This document shows, in pieces, positions 39,424 to 49,353 of a stretch of DNA of 64,000 bases. The notes beneath the pieces are model-generated. The model worked only from the letters and a program-made list of their open reading frames with translations. It was not told the DNA's origin and made no database searches. Position numbers and translations under genes: made by a program. Each line of letters begins with the position of its first letter. The stretch's first letter is position 1. Source of the stretch: Candidatus Omnitrophota bacterium (lineage in GTDB: Bacteria; Omnitrophota; Omnitrophia; Omnitrophales; Aquincolibacteriaceae); the NCBI GenBank assembly GCA_043821445.1, contig JBDRCT010000003.1, positions 5,440 to 69,439 of the forward strand, read 5' to 3'.

Positions 39424-39795
39424 CTATGCTTTTTCCTCTTCCCTTATCCAAAGCGTTTTTTCTTCCCCCCCCACAGAAATGACGACATGGTCCTTCAATA
39501 TCTTAACGACCGTTGCATCTCCCACAGTTTCACCCTTCAAATAGGACTTTCCGTTCAAAATGGCCATCGAATGTTCGCCCGGATCATAGATAATACCTTC
39601 CAGTTTAACGCCGGATGAGGTTGTGGACACTGAAGTGTTGTCGCCCCCGTCGAGCGGCACAAAGGGATCCCGCCTGTTACCGGAATCGTAAAGAACTTCA
39701 GAAGCGGCAAACACCCCCGACGCCAGAGCTAGCAGTGCTATCGCCAAAAAAAATGCGCTCTTCTTACTTCTTAGCATTCGCCACCTTCTTAGCAC
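39424..39795 (-). CDS. pilP: PilP-like pilot protein
   Basis: 123 aa. Signal peptide plus a small beta-domain (VKLEGIIYDPGEHSMAILNGKSYLKGETVGDATVVKI). Position between pilO and pilQ. Confidence 0.55.
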   Translation of the reverse strand: MLRRWRMLRSKKSAFFLAIALLALASGVFAASEVLYDSGNRRDPFVPLDGGDNTSVSTTSSGVKLEGIIYDPGEHSMAILNGKSYLKGETVGDATVVKILKDHVVISVGGEEKTLWIREEEKA

Positions 39796-40447
39796 CCGCT
39801 GCCTTCTTCGTCTTCGCGGGTGGCGCCACTTGCGGCGGAGCTTTCAGGATCGCCCAAAGCTTCAGCTCCGCAATATGCCGTCCCGGCGTTTTTTTATCCG
39901 GCACGACCTCGAGGCTCTGTATTCTTAAAAGTTTTCCATGACTCTCAATGCGGCTCATCAAATTGCCAAGGTCATGATAGCCGCCGTGCACCGTGAATTC
40001 ATAGCCACGCGGTTGATATTTCAAGTGATAGGGTGCCGGAAAAGCCACTTTCGCGGTCAAAGGCTTCGAGGTCAACACTTCCACGCGCGACTCACTCGCC
40101 ATTTTTGAAGCGGAGCCCAACAATAGATCCATATCCTCGACCGTAAAAACACGAGCCCAGGTACTTTCAATGAGCGAACCGAACACCTTCTGATTCTCTT
40201 CCCATTCCGGCCGTTTCTTATTCAGGTCATTGACCTGGCGGATCTGAGTTTCCATGCTTTGAATATCACGCCGGAGCATGGGACGCTCGATCCAAGCCGG
40301 AATGACCAGAAAAACCACCAACAATAAAAAACCTATCGCACACAAAAAACCGACCACCCAGGTTTTTTTATCGACACTTTTCAGAAATGCTATAACATCG
40401 GCAAAAGGCAGGTTGAGCGGCTTCATGGTTTGGAGGTCACTCCCCAT
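39764..40447 (-). CDS. pilO: PilO
   Basis: 227 aa. Single TM, coiled coil, periplasmic domain, K/A-rich tail. Gene order pilM-N-O-P-Q. Confidence 0.6.
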   Translation of the reverse strand: MGSDLQTMKPLNLPFADVIAFLKSVDKKTWVVGFLCAIGFLLLVVFLVIPAWIERPMLRRDIQSMETQIRQVNDLNKKRPEWEENQKVFGSLIESTWARVFTVEDMDLLLGSASKMASESRVEVLTSKPLTAKVAFPAPYHLKYQPRGYEFTVHGGYHDLGNLMSRIESHGKLLRIQSLEVVPDKKTPGRHIAELKLWAILKAPPQVAPPAKTKKAAGAKKVANAKK

Positions 40448-41001
40448 TCAATTTGAGCGACAAAAATGGTCCCTTCCGTCTTTTCGTTGGCCCTTTTAGA
40501 AGTCGCTACCGCGACGGATGTTTGGAGCGGCAATTTCGTTTTCAGTTTCTGGAAATATTCCTCGATCTGTTCAATGCCGGTCTGTGTGCGGGATGCCAAC
40601 ACCACACCCTCCAGGGTCAACCGGCATCCACCGCCTTCCCGCTCCACTTTGAGTTCTGTAAGCCATCCCCTTGGAGGCAGGAAATCGCTCGCCCAAAAAA
40701 GTATCTGGGTGATGGGTTCCTTATTGAGCACGTTCGTTTCCAGAAAATCTTTTTCGCCCTTCATTTCAACCGCAACCTGCTGCTCCAGGGTCTTCAGCTG
40801 TGCCATGAGGGGACTCAACCTCGCCCATTCCTTACGCACGCCTTCGTAGGCAGAGCGCGCCTTGAGATAGTCTCCGTAGAAAAAAACCGTCATAAGAAGA
40901 AAAAGCACCCCGGCCAGAAGAGCCAGTGGAATATAGGGAATGCGCGTCGCGTTCGATTTCCCTTTCAGGAGCTCCTGAGGCAAAAGATTGATCTTGATCA
41001 T
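40423..41001 (-). CDS. pilN: PilN
   Basis: 192 aa. Starts MIKINLLPQE (PilN signature), then a TM. Confidence 0.75.
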   Translation of the reverse strand: MIKINLLPQELLKGKSNATRIPYIPLALLAGVLFLLMTVFFYGDYLKARSAYEGVRKEWARLSPLMAQLKTLEQQVAVEMKGEKDFLETNVLNKEPITQILFWASDFLPPRGWLTELKVEREGGGCRLTLEGVVLASRTQTGIEQIEEYFQKLKTKLPLQTSVAVATSKRANEKTEGTIFVAQIEWGVTSKP

Positions 41002-42095
41002 TCTTCGCGAAGCCCCAGTCCCAGCGCTACGGGTAAGAGAGATGTATTCGTTTTGAGAAGTTCGGGATCAACGCCCGGGGCCCATTTGATCTTCGGAAGG
41101 ATGTCCATAGTCACGACCGGGATCTGCAATCCTTCGCTTAATGCCTTCAAAACGGCGGGATGAGACACTACACCGCTCAAAAAGAGTTTTGCGACAGGTT
41201 TCGATTGTCCGGATTGATCATGATAATAGTCAAAAGAAACACGCAGGTCCCGGATCAACCCTTCAAGACTTTCCGTGATCGCTTGCACTTCATCGGGCGC
41301 CAGAGTTCCATTATTTTCAAAAAGATTTTCGATCTTTTCATCCGCGAGACTGGAACGGGTCTTGAACCGCTTGAAAAGATCGTAGGCCCCGTAAGAAATG
41401 TCACGGACAAAGCGGGGCTTCCCTTCCCGGATGATCCCGAGGGTTGATATCTCAGTGCCAAGGTCCAAAATGCCGCTGTGCCTAGAGAAATCTTCGAGGT
41501 GAAAATATTCCAAGGCGGCCATCGCCGAAAGAATGTCGACGTCCACCACCGACAGGCGGCATTCCAAATTACGGAAGATCTCAAGCGTCGGCTCAAGTTC
41601 CTGGCGTTTGATGGCGACCAACATTACTTCCATCTTTACGCCGTCATCGGTCGCGAAGGCCTCCTCCACCACCGCACAATCGAGCACCACATCGTTCAGC
41701 TCGAACGGAATGTACTGCTCGGCTTCGTATTTCATGGCACTGCGGAGATCATCGGCTTTCATTTTCGGAAAAGGGATGAAACGGATCACAACTCCGTGCC
41801 CCTTGAGGGCCACGCGGATCCCGTCCTTCCGGAACTTCTTTCCGTCCAGGAACGGTTTCAGGATCAAGGACGGTTTCTGGTCCTGGGAAGCGTTCTTGAT
41901 AATATCGAGATGATGAACAAAAAGATGTCCGGGACGTTTTTCAAGTTCAAGCAGTACCGTCCGCATGCGGCCAAGATCACACGCCGTGACCTTAGAAACC
42001 GCCGTTTTTTTCGACAGGATCATGGATGTAACACCATTTAAAAAATTTGAGAACTGTTGATCGGGCGAAGCCAACTTGTTGGAATCGTTATTCAT
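40998..42095 (-). CDS. pilM: PilM (actin-like ATPase)
   Basis: 365 aa. FtsA/actin fold. Upstream of pilN with a 4-nt overlap. The true start is probably internal to the tracked ORF. Confidence 0.7.
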   Translation of the reverse strand: MNNDSNKLASPDQQFSNFLNGVTSMILSKKTAVSKVTACDLGRMRTVLLELEKRPGHLFVHHLDIIKNASQDQKPSLILKPFLDGKKFRKDGIRVALKGHGVVIRFIPFPKMKADDLRSAMKYEAEQYIPFELNDVVLDCAVVEEAFATDDGVKMEVMLVAIKRQELEPTLEIFRNLECRLSVVDVDILSAMAALEYFHLEDFSRHSGILDLGTEISTLGIIREGKPRFVRDISYGAYDLFKRFKTRSSLADEKIENLFENNGTLAPDEVQAITESLEGLIRDLRVSFDYYHDQSGQSKPVAKLFLSGVVSHPAVLKALSEGLQIPVVTMDILPKIKWAPGVDPELLKTNTSLLPVALGLGLREE

Positions 42096-42133
42096 GAGAG
42101 AGAGATTAACAGAAAATCTCCAAGAAAACAGCC

Positions 42134-42168
42134 AAAAAAAACCCGCCCTGCTTTTTTCAAGCAGGGCG
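42134..42168 (-). terminator. Rho-independent terminator of the pilin gene
   Basis: On the minus transcript: 10-bp stem cgccctgctt / aagcagggcg with a 5-nt loop, followed by U8. Confidence 0.85.
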
Positions 42169-42201
42169 AGTCGAAAACCACTTTGTCTTGTTCCTTACTG
42201 A

Positions 42202-42681
42202 TTACCCACCAATGGCCGTACCACCCGCGCAACCCGTATCGGCCGCGGTCGGCGCTACACCTGCCGTCGGACCATAAACAACACCCGCCTGGTCAATGCA
42301 GTAGGTGTTTTCCGCAGCAGCCGTCGGCGTCGCCAGCAGAGAATACGTGCTGGAAGGAGAGGCGACCGTAAGGTACGTCAGAGTGAACCCATGCTTGACT
42401 CCGGCTTCGACCCACGAATCATCAAGATACGCAGGGCCCGTCGCCGGAGCGGTCGTCAATGCGGCAATATCAGCCGGATAGTCCGGAGGATTCTGCGCGG
42501 CACGATAACTTTCAGCAGCTCCGCTGAATGTCCTCAGATCCGACTTGATGGCACCCTCATTGGCATTGATTCGCGCCCGGAGAAGATTGGGGATGGCAAT
42601 AGCGGCCAAGAGCCCGATGATCGCAACTACGATCATGATCTCCACCAGCGTAAAACCCTTCCTATTTAATTTGATAAACAT
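42202..42681 (-). CDS. pilA: type IV pilin (prepilin with N-terminal methylation motif)
   Basis: Start MFIKLNRKGFTLVEIMIVVAIIGLLAAIAIP is a class III signal (G|FTLVE). ATG at 42681 is preceded by AGGAGG. The tracked ORF has a 23-aa upstream extension. Confidence 0.85.
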   Translation of the reverse strand: MFIKLNRKGFTLVEIMIVVAIIGLLAAIAIPNLLRARINANEGAIKSDLRTFSGAAESYRAAQNPPDYPADIAALTTAPATGPAYLDDSWVEAGVKHGFTLTYLTVASPSSTYSLLATPTAAAENTYCIDQAGVVYGPTAGVAPTAADTGCAGGTAIGG

Positions 42682-42872
42682 GTTATTCCTCCTGTTTCTA
42701 TGTTTGCCACTGCCTACTACTAGCCTAAGCTGGTATACATCATACGACAATACGTTGGATAACTAAACTAGTTTTTTTGTTATCCGAGTTATATCCCACA
42801 ACTTTAATAAGCATCACTGAAGGGCCCTGAGGCAGATTCCTGCATGTTTTTGCGTCGGGAGGAAGGATTTCC

Positions 42873-44114
42873 TTATTTGATCGCCTGAGTAAGCGTAAGG
42901 ATGGGAAGAAAGAGAGCGATCACGATACCGCCGATCACGATACCCAGAAAAGCAATAATGAGCGGTTCGATGAGAGATGTAAGACCGGAAACAGCAGTGT
43001 CCACTTGGGTGTCATAAAAGTCCGCGATCTTTGTAAGCATCTCTTCCAATTCTCCGGTTTCTTCTCCGATCGCGATCATACGAACGACCATGGAGGGAAA
43101 GATATCGCTTTTCTCGAGTGGGCTGGCAATGCTTTCTCCGCGCTTCACGGATCCCATAAGATCCGTAATGACTTTTTCGATCCGGGCATTCCCTGAAGTT
43201 TTAGAAACGATCTCCAGAGCCGCGAGGATCGCCACGCCGCTACGCAATAGCGTGGAAAGTGTGCGCGCAAACTTGCTAACCGCCACTTTTAAAATGATCG
43301 GGCCGAAGATAGGCATGCGAAGTGTGAAGGAGTCCCAAGGCAACCGGCCCATCGGAGAGCGAACGAATTGCCGGAACAGGAAAATACTTCCGCCCAGGAC
43401 GGAGAGGATCCACCACCAATTCGCCGCAAGATAGTTACTGATACTGATCAGGATCTGAGTTGGCGTAGGCAGTTTTGCGTTGAGACCTTCAAAGATCGTT
43501 GCGAACTGCGGGATCACGAAGGCAAGCATGAAGAACGTGATCCCGAAGGCCATGACCGAAACGGCCGTCGGGTACATCACCGCAGCTTTGACCTTTTTTT
43601 GAAGGGCGCTGGACTTTTCGAAATAATGGGCCACGCGGTCCAGGATCTCCTGCAACTTCCCGCTCATCTCACCCGCACGGACCATATGAATGAAAAGCGC
43701 CGAAAAGACTTTTTGGTGCACTTGCATAGCTTCGGAAAGACTTTTACCGGTTTGGAGGTCGCTATGCATCCTCCGAAGAACCAGCCGGAACTTCTCCTTA
43801 TCCATCTGTCCGGCGAGAATGTCCAGAGCCTGGATCAAGGGGATCCCTGCTGCGACGAGCGTGGCCATTTGCCTTGAAAAGATCACAAGGTCGTCCAACT
43901 TGATTTTCCCGGACTTTCCCTGCCGGATCTTGGGAGGGGCCGACCCCTTCTGAATACTCAGGATGGCAGATCCCTTCTTGGCCTGTTCCACACGGACTAC
44001 AAGATAGCCCTGCGTCTTCAGCTGGTGGACGAGCTCTTGCACGTCCTGGGCGTCCTGGAAGCCCTTCAGATCTTTTCCCGTCTTATCCTTGACCCAATAT
44101 TCAAACGATGGCAT
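42873..44114 (-). CDS. pilC: type IV pilus platform protein PilC / GspF family
   Basis: 413 aa. Two T2SSF repeats. Three TM segments. Confidence 0.9.
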   Translation of the reverse strand: MPSFEYWVKDKTGKDLKGFQDAQDVQELVHQLKTQGYLVVRVEQAKKGSAILSIQKGSAPPKIRQGKSGKIKLDDLVIFSRQMATLVAAGIPLIQALDILAGQMDKEKFRLVLRRMHSDLQTGKSLSEAMQVHQKVFSALFIHMVRAGEMSGKLQEILDRVAHYFEKSSALQKKVKAAVMYPTAVSVMAFGITFFMLAFVIPQFATIFEGLNAKLPTPTQILISISNYLAANWWWILSVLGGSIFLFRQFVRSPMGRLPWDSFTLRMPIFGPIILKVAVSKFARTLSTLLRSGVAILAALEIVSKTSGNARIEKVITDLMGSVKRGESIASPLEKSDIFPSMVVRMIAIGEETGELEEMLTKIADFYDTQVDTAVSGLTSLIEPLIIAFLGIVIGGIVIALFLPILTLTQAIK

Positions 44115-44117
44115 AGC

Positions 44118-45812
44118 TCACTCCCGGCTTGCAACGCGAAGCACTTCCTCGAGCGTGGTCACCCCGGATTTAAAGAGTCCCAGTGCGTTCTCGAAGAGTG
44201 TCTCCATTCCCTTTTCAACGGCAAGCTGATGAATAACATTACTCGATTTTTTCCGGATTACAAGCTCCCGGATGTCCGGGTCCACAAGCAGCACTTCACT
44301 TGCGCCGGTCCTGCCAAAATATCCCGTCATGTTGCACTTGATACAACCCTTTCCCGTGAACGGGGCGATCCTGTCCAATTCCGACTTGGAAAATTTACAG
44401 CGAAACAGGACTTCCGCGGGTATGACGGCCGGGGCCCTGCAATTCGGGCAGATCTTCCTGAGTAGACGCTGGGCGCCAACGCATACGACCGACGAGGCGA
44501 TCAAAAAAGGCTCCACTCCCATATCGATAAGACGTGTCATCGCACCGGCCGCGCTATTCGTATGAAGTGTGCTGAACACTAGGTGCCCGGTCAAGGCGGC
44601 TTTTACCGCAATATCGGCAGTCTCCGAATCGCGGATCTCTCCCACCAGTACAATGTCCGGACTTTGGCGCAAGAGAGCGCGTAAACCGTTCGCGAACGTA
44701 AGCCCGATCTCCGGTTGCACCTGCGTCTGCGTGATCCCTTCAACCTGATATTCGACAGGATCCTCTACGGTCATTAAATTCTTTTGCGGCGTGTTCAGAG
44801 AGTTAAGGATCGAATATAGAGTGGTGGATTTCCCACTGCCCGTCGGCCCGGTGATCAGGATCATCCCATAAGGCTTTTTGACCGCCTCAGCAAGAGCACG
44901 CGTCGGTTTTTCCGTAAAACCAAGCTTGTCAAGCCCCGTCCTGATCCCGCTCCGGTCCAGAACGCGCAACACCATTTTCTCGCCGAAATAGGTTGGCAAC
45001 ACGGAAACACGAAAATCGATCTGCCGGTCCTTGAGTAATAACCGGAACCGCCCGTCCTGGGGTAAACGTTTTTCAGTAATATCCAAAAGAGAAATGATCT
45101 TCGCCCGCGCCACGAGAGCGGGATAAAGCTCCAAGGAATGAGAAAACGACTCTTTCAAAACCCCGTCGACACGGTACCGAATACGGAATTCTTTTTCATA
45201 AGGCTCGAAATGGATGTCGGACGCGCGCGATTTGAGGGCTTTTTCGAGAATGAAGTTGACCATCTTGATGACGGGTGCATCATCGACTCCGGCCTGCACG
45301 ACAGACGGCAACTCCGTTTCATTCTCTCTGACAAGCTCCAGGCTGTCTGCGTCTTTTTCGGTAATGAACTCAGAAAAGTTTTTGCTTTCCGCGTAATGGT
45401 CGCTGATGGCAGCGGCGATCCGTGCAGGCGTGACCAATACCGGACTCACATCGCATCCCGTCAGATGCTTGATATCATCGAAAACCCTCAGTTGGAATGG
45501 ATCGCTTGTGGCCACGGTCACAAGTTTCCCGACGCGTCCTACCGGAAAAACATGATGCAGCTCAATGAATTTCCGTGAAAACATCCTCAGGACTTCTAGA
45601 TCGAACTGCATTCCGTGGAGATTCAAGGTGGGGATCTCAAGTTGAGCGCTCAAAAAATCCATGACCTCTTCTTCCAACAGGATCTTTTCTGAGAGGATAA
45701 TTTTCAAAATGCTTTCATTGTGTTTCTGTGCCGTCTGTTCCAAACGGTCACACTCCCCGTCGGAAAGCCCCATTGTTTTCACCCATGCTCGAACGATTTG
45801 CTTGTCGATCAT
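44118..45812 (-). CDS. pilB: type IV pilus assembly ATPase PilB / GspE family
   Basis: 564 aa. N-terminal T2SSE_N domain. Walker A ITGPTGSGKSTT. Tetracysteine CPNC...CIKC. Confidence 0.9.
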   Translation of the reverse strand: MIDKQIVRAWVKTMGLSDGECDRLEQTAQKHNESILKIILSEKILLEEEVMDFLSAQLEIPTLNLHGMQFDLEVLRMFSRKFIELHHVFPVGRVGKLVTVATSDPFQLRVFDDIKHLTGCDVSPVLVTPARIAAAISDHYAESKNFSEFITEKDADSLELVRENETELPSVVQAGVDDAPVIKMVNFILEKALKSRASDIHFEPYEKEFRIRYRVDGVLKESFSHSLELYPALVARAKIISLLDITEKRLPQDGRFRLLLKDRQIDFRVSVLPTYFGEKMVLRVLDRSGIRTGLDKLGFTEKPTRALAEAVKKPYGMILITGPTGSGKSTTLYSILNSLNTPQKNLMTVEDPVEYQVEGITQTQVQPEIGLTFANGLRALLRQSPDIVLVGEIRDSETADIAVKAALTGHLVFSTLHTNSAAGAMTRLIDMGVEPFLIASSVVCVGAQRLLRKICPNCRAPAVIPAEVLFRCKFSKSELDRIAPFTGKGCIKCNMTGYFGRTGASEVLLVDPDIRELVIRKKSSNVIHQLAVEKGMETLFENALGLFKSGVTTLEEVLRVASRE

Positions 45813-47578
45813 GGGCCGCCCCCTCTGGGTGGTAACCCAGCATCCGCTATCGTAACGCGGAAAACCTCATCGAGCGATGTTTCGCCCGTTAGGGCCTTTT
45901 GGACCGCAGATTCGCGCAGCGTGTTCATTCCGTGTTCTCGGGCTCTGGCCTTGATCGCATCCGCGGACGCACCTTGCATGATCAGCTCCAAGATATCCGG
46001 CTTCATTTCCAGGATCTCGGTGATCACGCTCCGGCCCTGATATCCCAGTTGGCGGCACTGCGAACAGCCTTTGGCTTTCCAGAGCTGGACCTTCTTTTTC
46101 GGATCCAGGTTCAGGAACTTATACATATCCGGTTCTAGATCGTATGCGAAGCGGCAACGCGGGCAGAGGCGGCGCACCAAACGCTGGGCCGAGATCATCA
46201 GCACCGTCGACGCAATCAGGAACGGCTCTAGTCCCAAATTCGCCATGCGGGTCACAGAACTCACCGCATCGTTGGTGTGAAGCGTGCTCAAAACGAGATG
46301 ACCCGTAAGCGCGGCCTTGACGGCGATATCGAGCGTTTCCGCATCGCGGATCTCCCCGATCAAGATAATGTCAGGATCTTGACGCAGGATCGAACGGAGA
46401 GCCGCGGGAAACGTCAACCCAATGGATTCGCGAACATTGACCTGATTGATACCGGCTATCTGATATTCCACAGGATCCTCGACGGTCGTGATATTGACCT
46501 GTGGAGAATCCAAATACTTAAGGACCGAATAAAGTGTGGTCGTCTTCCCGCTCCCGGTCGGCCCGGTCACGAGGATCATCCCATGCGGCTTCTTGGCGGA
46601 AGTCCGGATCACCTCCTGCTCTGATGCCGTAAACCCGAGTTTTTGAATGTCATGAGACTGTGCCCCGGTATCCAAAATGCGTAAGCAAACTTTTTCGCCG
46701 AAGCTGGAAGGCAATATGGAAACGCGCATGTCCACTTCCCGGCCCTGAGTTCTCACTTTAAAACGGCCATCCTGAGGCACTCGATGCTCCGCAATATTGA
46801 GCTGACTCATGATCTTGACGCGGGAAACAATGGCATCGCCAAAACTTTTTTGGGGTCTTACGATCTCTTCGAGAATACCGTCAATGCGCATGCGGATCCG
46901 GACAAAACCTTCCCAGGGTTCAATGAAAATATCGCTCGCACGGCGACGCACCCCCTCCACGAGCGCCATGTTGACAAGTTTCACGACTGGGGCCTGGTTC
47001 GCCTGCTCCATGAGGTCCGAGGCCTGCTGCTGCTTATCGAAGATCGCTTCGCTTTCGACCATATGGGCAAGAGAGATGAGGTCTTCGGTGCCTTCATCCG
47101 GAACGGGTTCTTCCAAGACAGCGGTCTCTCCCTGATAGGATTTCTGTATGTATTCCTTGAGCTGGGAATATTCCGCCACCGAGACCCGGATACGCTTTCC
47201 GGTCAAGGAGTGAAGTTCATCCAAAGTCTTTAGATTGGTCGGATTCGCAACCGCGACCGTCAACGTATTTTCATAGAGAACGATCGGGAGACACACATAG
47301 GCCTCCGCGATCTTCCGGGGAATGAGTTCCAGGACTTCTTTGTGAATGATAAGCATTTTGAGACTGACGATACGATAGCCGTACTCTTTACAAAGAATGT
47401 CCACGAGTTTTTTTTCGTCGCATTTTCCTTTCTGAAGAAGAATGTCCAGAAAATGGAGCTTTTTCGAGCTCTTGGCCTGCTCCTGGATCGCCTGCTGAAG
47501 TTCCCCTGAATTGACGACCCCGAACCGAAGAAGGGCTTCTTTCAGGTCCGGCAATGAACTTCGCTTGGGGTCCGTCAT
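45809..47578 (-). CDS. second GspE/PilB-family secretion ATPase (paralogue)
   Basis: 589 aa. N-terminal T2SSE_N-like domain. Walker A VTGPTGSGKTTT. Tetracysteine CPRCR...CSQCR. 4-nt overlap with pilB. Confidence 0.85.
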   Translation of the reverse strand: MTDPKRSSLPDLKEALLRFGVVNSGELQQAIQEQAKSSKKLHFLDILLQKGKCDEKKLVDILCKEYGYRIVSLKMLIIHKEVLELIPRKIAEAYVCLPIVLYENTLTVAVANPTNLKTLDELHSLTGKRIRVSVAEYSQLKEYIQKSYQGETAVLEEPVPDEGTEDLISLAHMVESEAIFDKQQQASDLMEQANQAPVVKLVNMALVEGVRRRASDIFIEPWEGFVRIRMRIDGILEEIVRPQKSFGDAIVSRVKIMSQLNIAEHRVPQDGRFKVRTQGREVDMRVSILPSSFGEKVCLRILDTGAQSHDIQKLGFTASEQEVIRTSAKKPHGMILVTGPTGSGKTTTLYSVLKYLDSPQVNITTVEDPVEYQIAGINQVNVRESIGLTFPAALRSILRQDPDIILIGEIRDAETLDIAVKAALTGHLVLSTLHTNDAVSSVTRMANLGLEPFLIASTVLMISAQRLVRRLCPRCRFAYDLEPDMYKFLNLDPKKKVQLWKAKGCSQCRQLGYQGRSVITEILEMKPDILELIMQGASADAIKARAREHGMNTLRESAVQKALTGETSLDEVFRVTIADAGLPPRGGGP

Positions 47579-47593
47579 GATCGCCTTTTCATA

Positions 47594-48037
47594 TCAGGAT
47601 GTCTCGTGATAAATGAAAAAGATCGCATTCAGAACTTCGGAGATCCGGGCAAGGAACACCTGGGGAATGCGCCCGGTCATCGTCCGGATCTTCTCAACGG
47701 CCGTGTCGTTCATGGGGTCCGTCATCGCGACATACACCTTTTTATGATCGCAATCGAACGCTACAACCATGTTCTCATGGCAAAAACCCGCCGTCAGCAT
47801 ACCGGCCATGTCGGGATTGATCGCGTAATTCCTAAGCGGGATATAAGGCATTTTGAACTGCCTGCACAAAGCGCCGATCAGCGACTCCTCGTCCACAAGC
47901 TTTTTTTCAATGAGGATCTGGCCGATCATGCCGCCCTTTTCTTTCTGAAAGGCAAGGGCCTCCTCCAACTGAGCTTTGGACAAAAGCCCATCCTCGATCA
48001 AGATCTCTCCGATCTTTTTCTTTTTTTTGGGTTCCAT
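47594..48037 (-). CDS. standalone T2SSE_N / MshEN-like domain protein
   Basis: 147 aa. KIGEILIEDGLLSKAQLEEALAFQ and MIGQILIEKKLVDEESLIGALCRQ match the tandem L-rich 24-residue motifs of MshEN-type c-di-GMP-binding domains. Sits immediately upstream of the tandem ATPases. Confidence 0.55.
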   Translation of the reverse strand: MEPKKKKKIGEILIEDGLLSKAQLEEALAFQKEKGGMIGQILIEKKLVDEESLIGALCRQFKMPYIPLRNYAINPDMAGMLTAGFCHENMVVAFDCDHKKVYVAMTDPMNDTAVEKIRTMTGRIPQVFLARISEVLNAIFFIYHETS

Positions 48038-48116
48038 TTTACCCCTTGTTCAATTCACTTATCTTTAAGTAACGGCACAAGTTGTAAAGAATTTTATGTT
48101 TTTTGCCCGTACTTCC

Positions 48117-48842
48117 CTAAAAAAACCGCTGGAGAGGACATCTTTCACAGCGGGGAACTTTCCGGCAATGATCTTTCCCCGTCCGGACGATCTGGGCGTG
48201 GAAATCGTTATAAAGGTCCCGGTTTTCCGGCAATGCCCGCATGAAGATCTCCCGCCATTGTTCATAGGTGTCACGGTCTTTGGCCAGCCCATGTCTGGAA
48301 AAGATCCTTTTGGTGTAAGCGTCGATCACGAAGGACATCTTACCCAACGCGTAAAGAAGGATGGAATCTGCCGTCTCAGGTCCCACTCCTTTGACAGTGA
48401 GAAGTTTTTTGCGAAGCACAGGCATTGTTTTCCGTTTCAGTTTTGAAAGATCACCCCGGCATTCCTGTTCCAAAAAATCCATGAAAGCCTTGAGCCGGTC
48501 CGCCTTGACGTTGAAGTATCCGGACGGCCGGATCAACTGTGAAAGCTTCTTTGCCGGGATCCGGCGCAGGGCTTCAAACGAAAGCTTCCTGGCTTCCTTT
48601 AGATTCAGAATCGCTTGTTCGACATTCGTCCAGGCGGTATTCTGCGTCAGGATCGCCCCGATCATAACCTCAAAAGGGGTGTCCCCCGGCCACCACCGCT
48701 GATGTCCAAAAGCCTTCCGCAAGGCCGTGTAAACCAGGCGAAGCTGTGAAGTTTTAAGTTTACGCTTTTTTTGACAAGGGATAGGTTTCAAGGATCTCAT
48801 ACCGAACGCCTTCCGGAAGAAGGTGACTTTGATAGAGAACAA
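48117..48842 (-). CDS. endonuclease III-family (HhH-GPD) DNA glycosylase-like protein
   Basis: HhH-GPD motif LLTVKGVGPETADSILLYALG...VIDAYTKRIF. N-terminus probably starts at MRSLKP (48800). C-terminal Cys cluster is incomplete (3 Cys). Confidence 0.7.
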   Translation of the reverse strand: MFSIKVTFFRKAFGMRSLKPIPCQKKRKLKTSQLRLVYTALRKAFGHQRWWPGDTPFEVMIGAILTQNTAWTNVEQAILNLKEARKLSFEALRRIPAKKLSQLIRPSGYFNVKADRLKAFMDFLEQECRGDLSKLKRKTMPVLRKKLLTVKGVGPETADSILLYALGKMSFVIDAYTKRIFSRHGLAKDRDTYEQWREIFMRALPENRDLYNDFHAQIVRTGKDHCRKVPRCERCPLQRFF

Positions 48843-49353
48843 AATGATCTGCGGTTTTTGCCGGGGTCGGCCATTCGAACGGGATCTTCGTCATGAGCGG
48901 CTTAAAATCTTTGCTTTTCCACTTCACGCGACCAATCGTCGCATGCGGCTGGAACGGCCTTGCTTCGATCTCAAAGCCAAGCGTCCGAACCTCCCCCTGA
49001 ATAGCCTTTTGCAAGGAAAGAAGTTTTCCGGCGTGTTCCTCGACCTTAAGCCAAATAATATTCGGCCTTTCAAGGCTTGGGAATCCCCCGACCCGGCCCA
49101 AGCTCAAATGAAGAGGTGAAAAAAGAGACGCTACCTTTTTGGAAAAAAGACGGATTAGTTCGACCTCTTTTGTGGAAACGGAGCCGAAAAAATGAAGCGT
49201 CAGATGGACCTTCAAGGGCTCGACCCATCGGACACCGGAAACCTCGTGGCGAAGCGGGCCCAGGAGGTTCTCTATTTCTTGACGGAAGATCTCATGGAGA
49301 GGAATCGCGAGGAATACCCGCGCCCGGGCCTGTTTTAGCAGATCTTCCGCCAT
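48760..49353 (-). CDS. thpR: RNA 2',3'-cyclic phosphodiesterase (2H family, ThpR/LigT)
   Basis: 197 aa. Two HxT/S motifs (VHLTLHFFG; PHATIGRV). Confidence 0.85.
   Translation of the reverse strand: MAEDLLKQARARVFLAIPLHEIFRQEIENLLGPLRHEVSGVRWVEPLKVHLTLHFFGSVSTKEVELIRLFSKKVASLFSPLHLSLGRVGGFPSLERPNIIWLKVEEHAGKLLSLQKAIQGEVRTLGFEIEARPFQPHATIGRVKWKSKDFKPLMTKIPFEWPTPAKTADHFVLYQSHLLPEGVRYEILETYPLSKKA

Noticed and set aside
42682-42872. Searched upstream of the pilin gene for a sigma-54 (-24 GG / -12 GC) promoter.
   Set aside because: Only a partial TGGCAA element without a correctly spaced -12 TTGC. I cannot support a sigma-54 call. The strong AGGAGG RBS is real.
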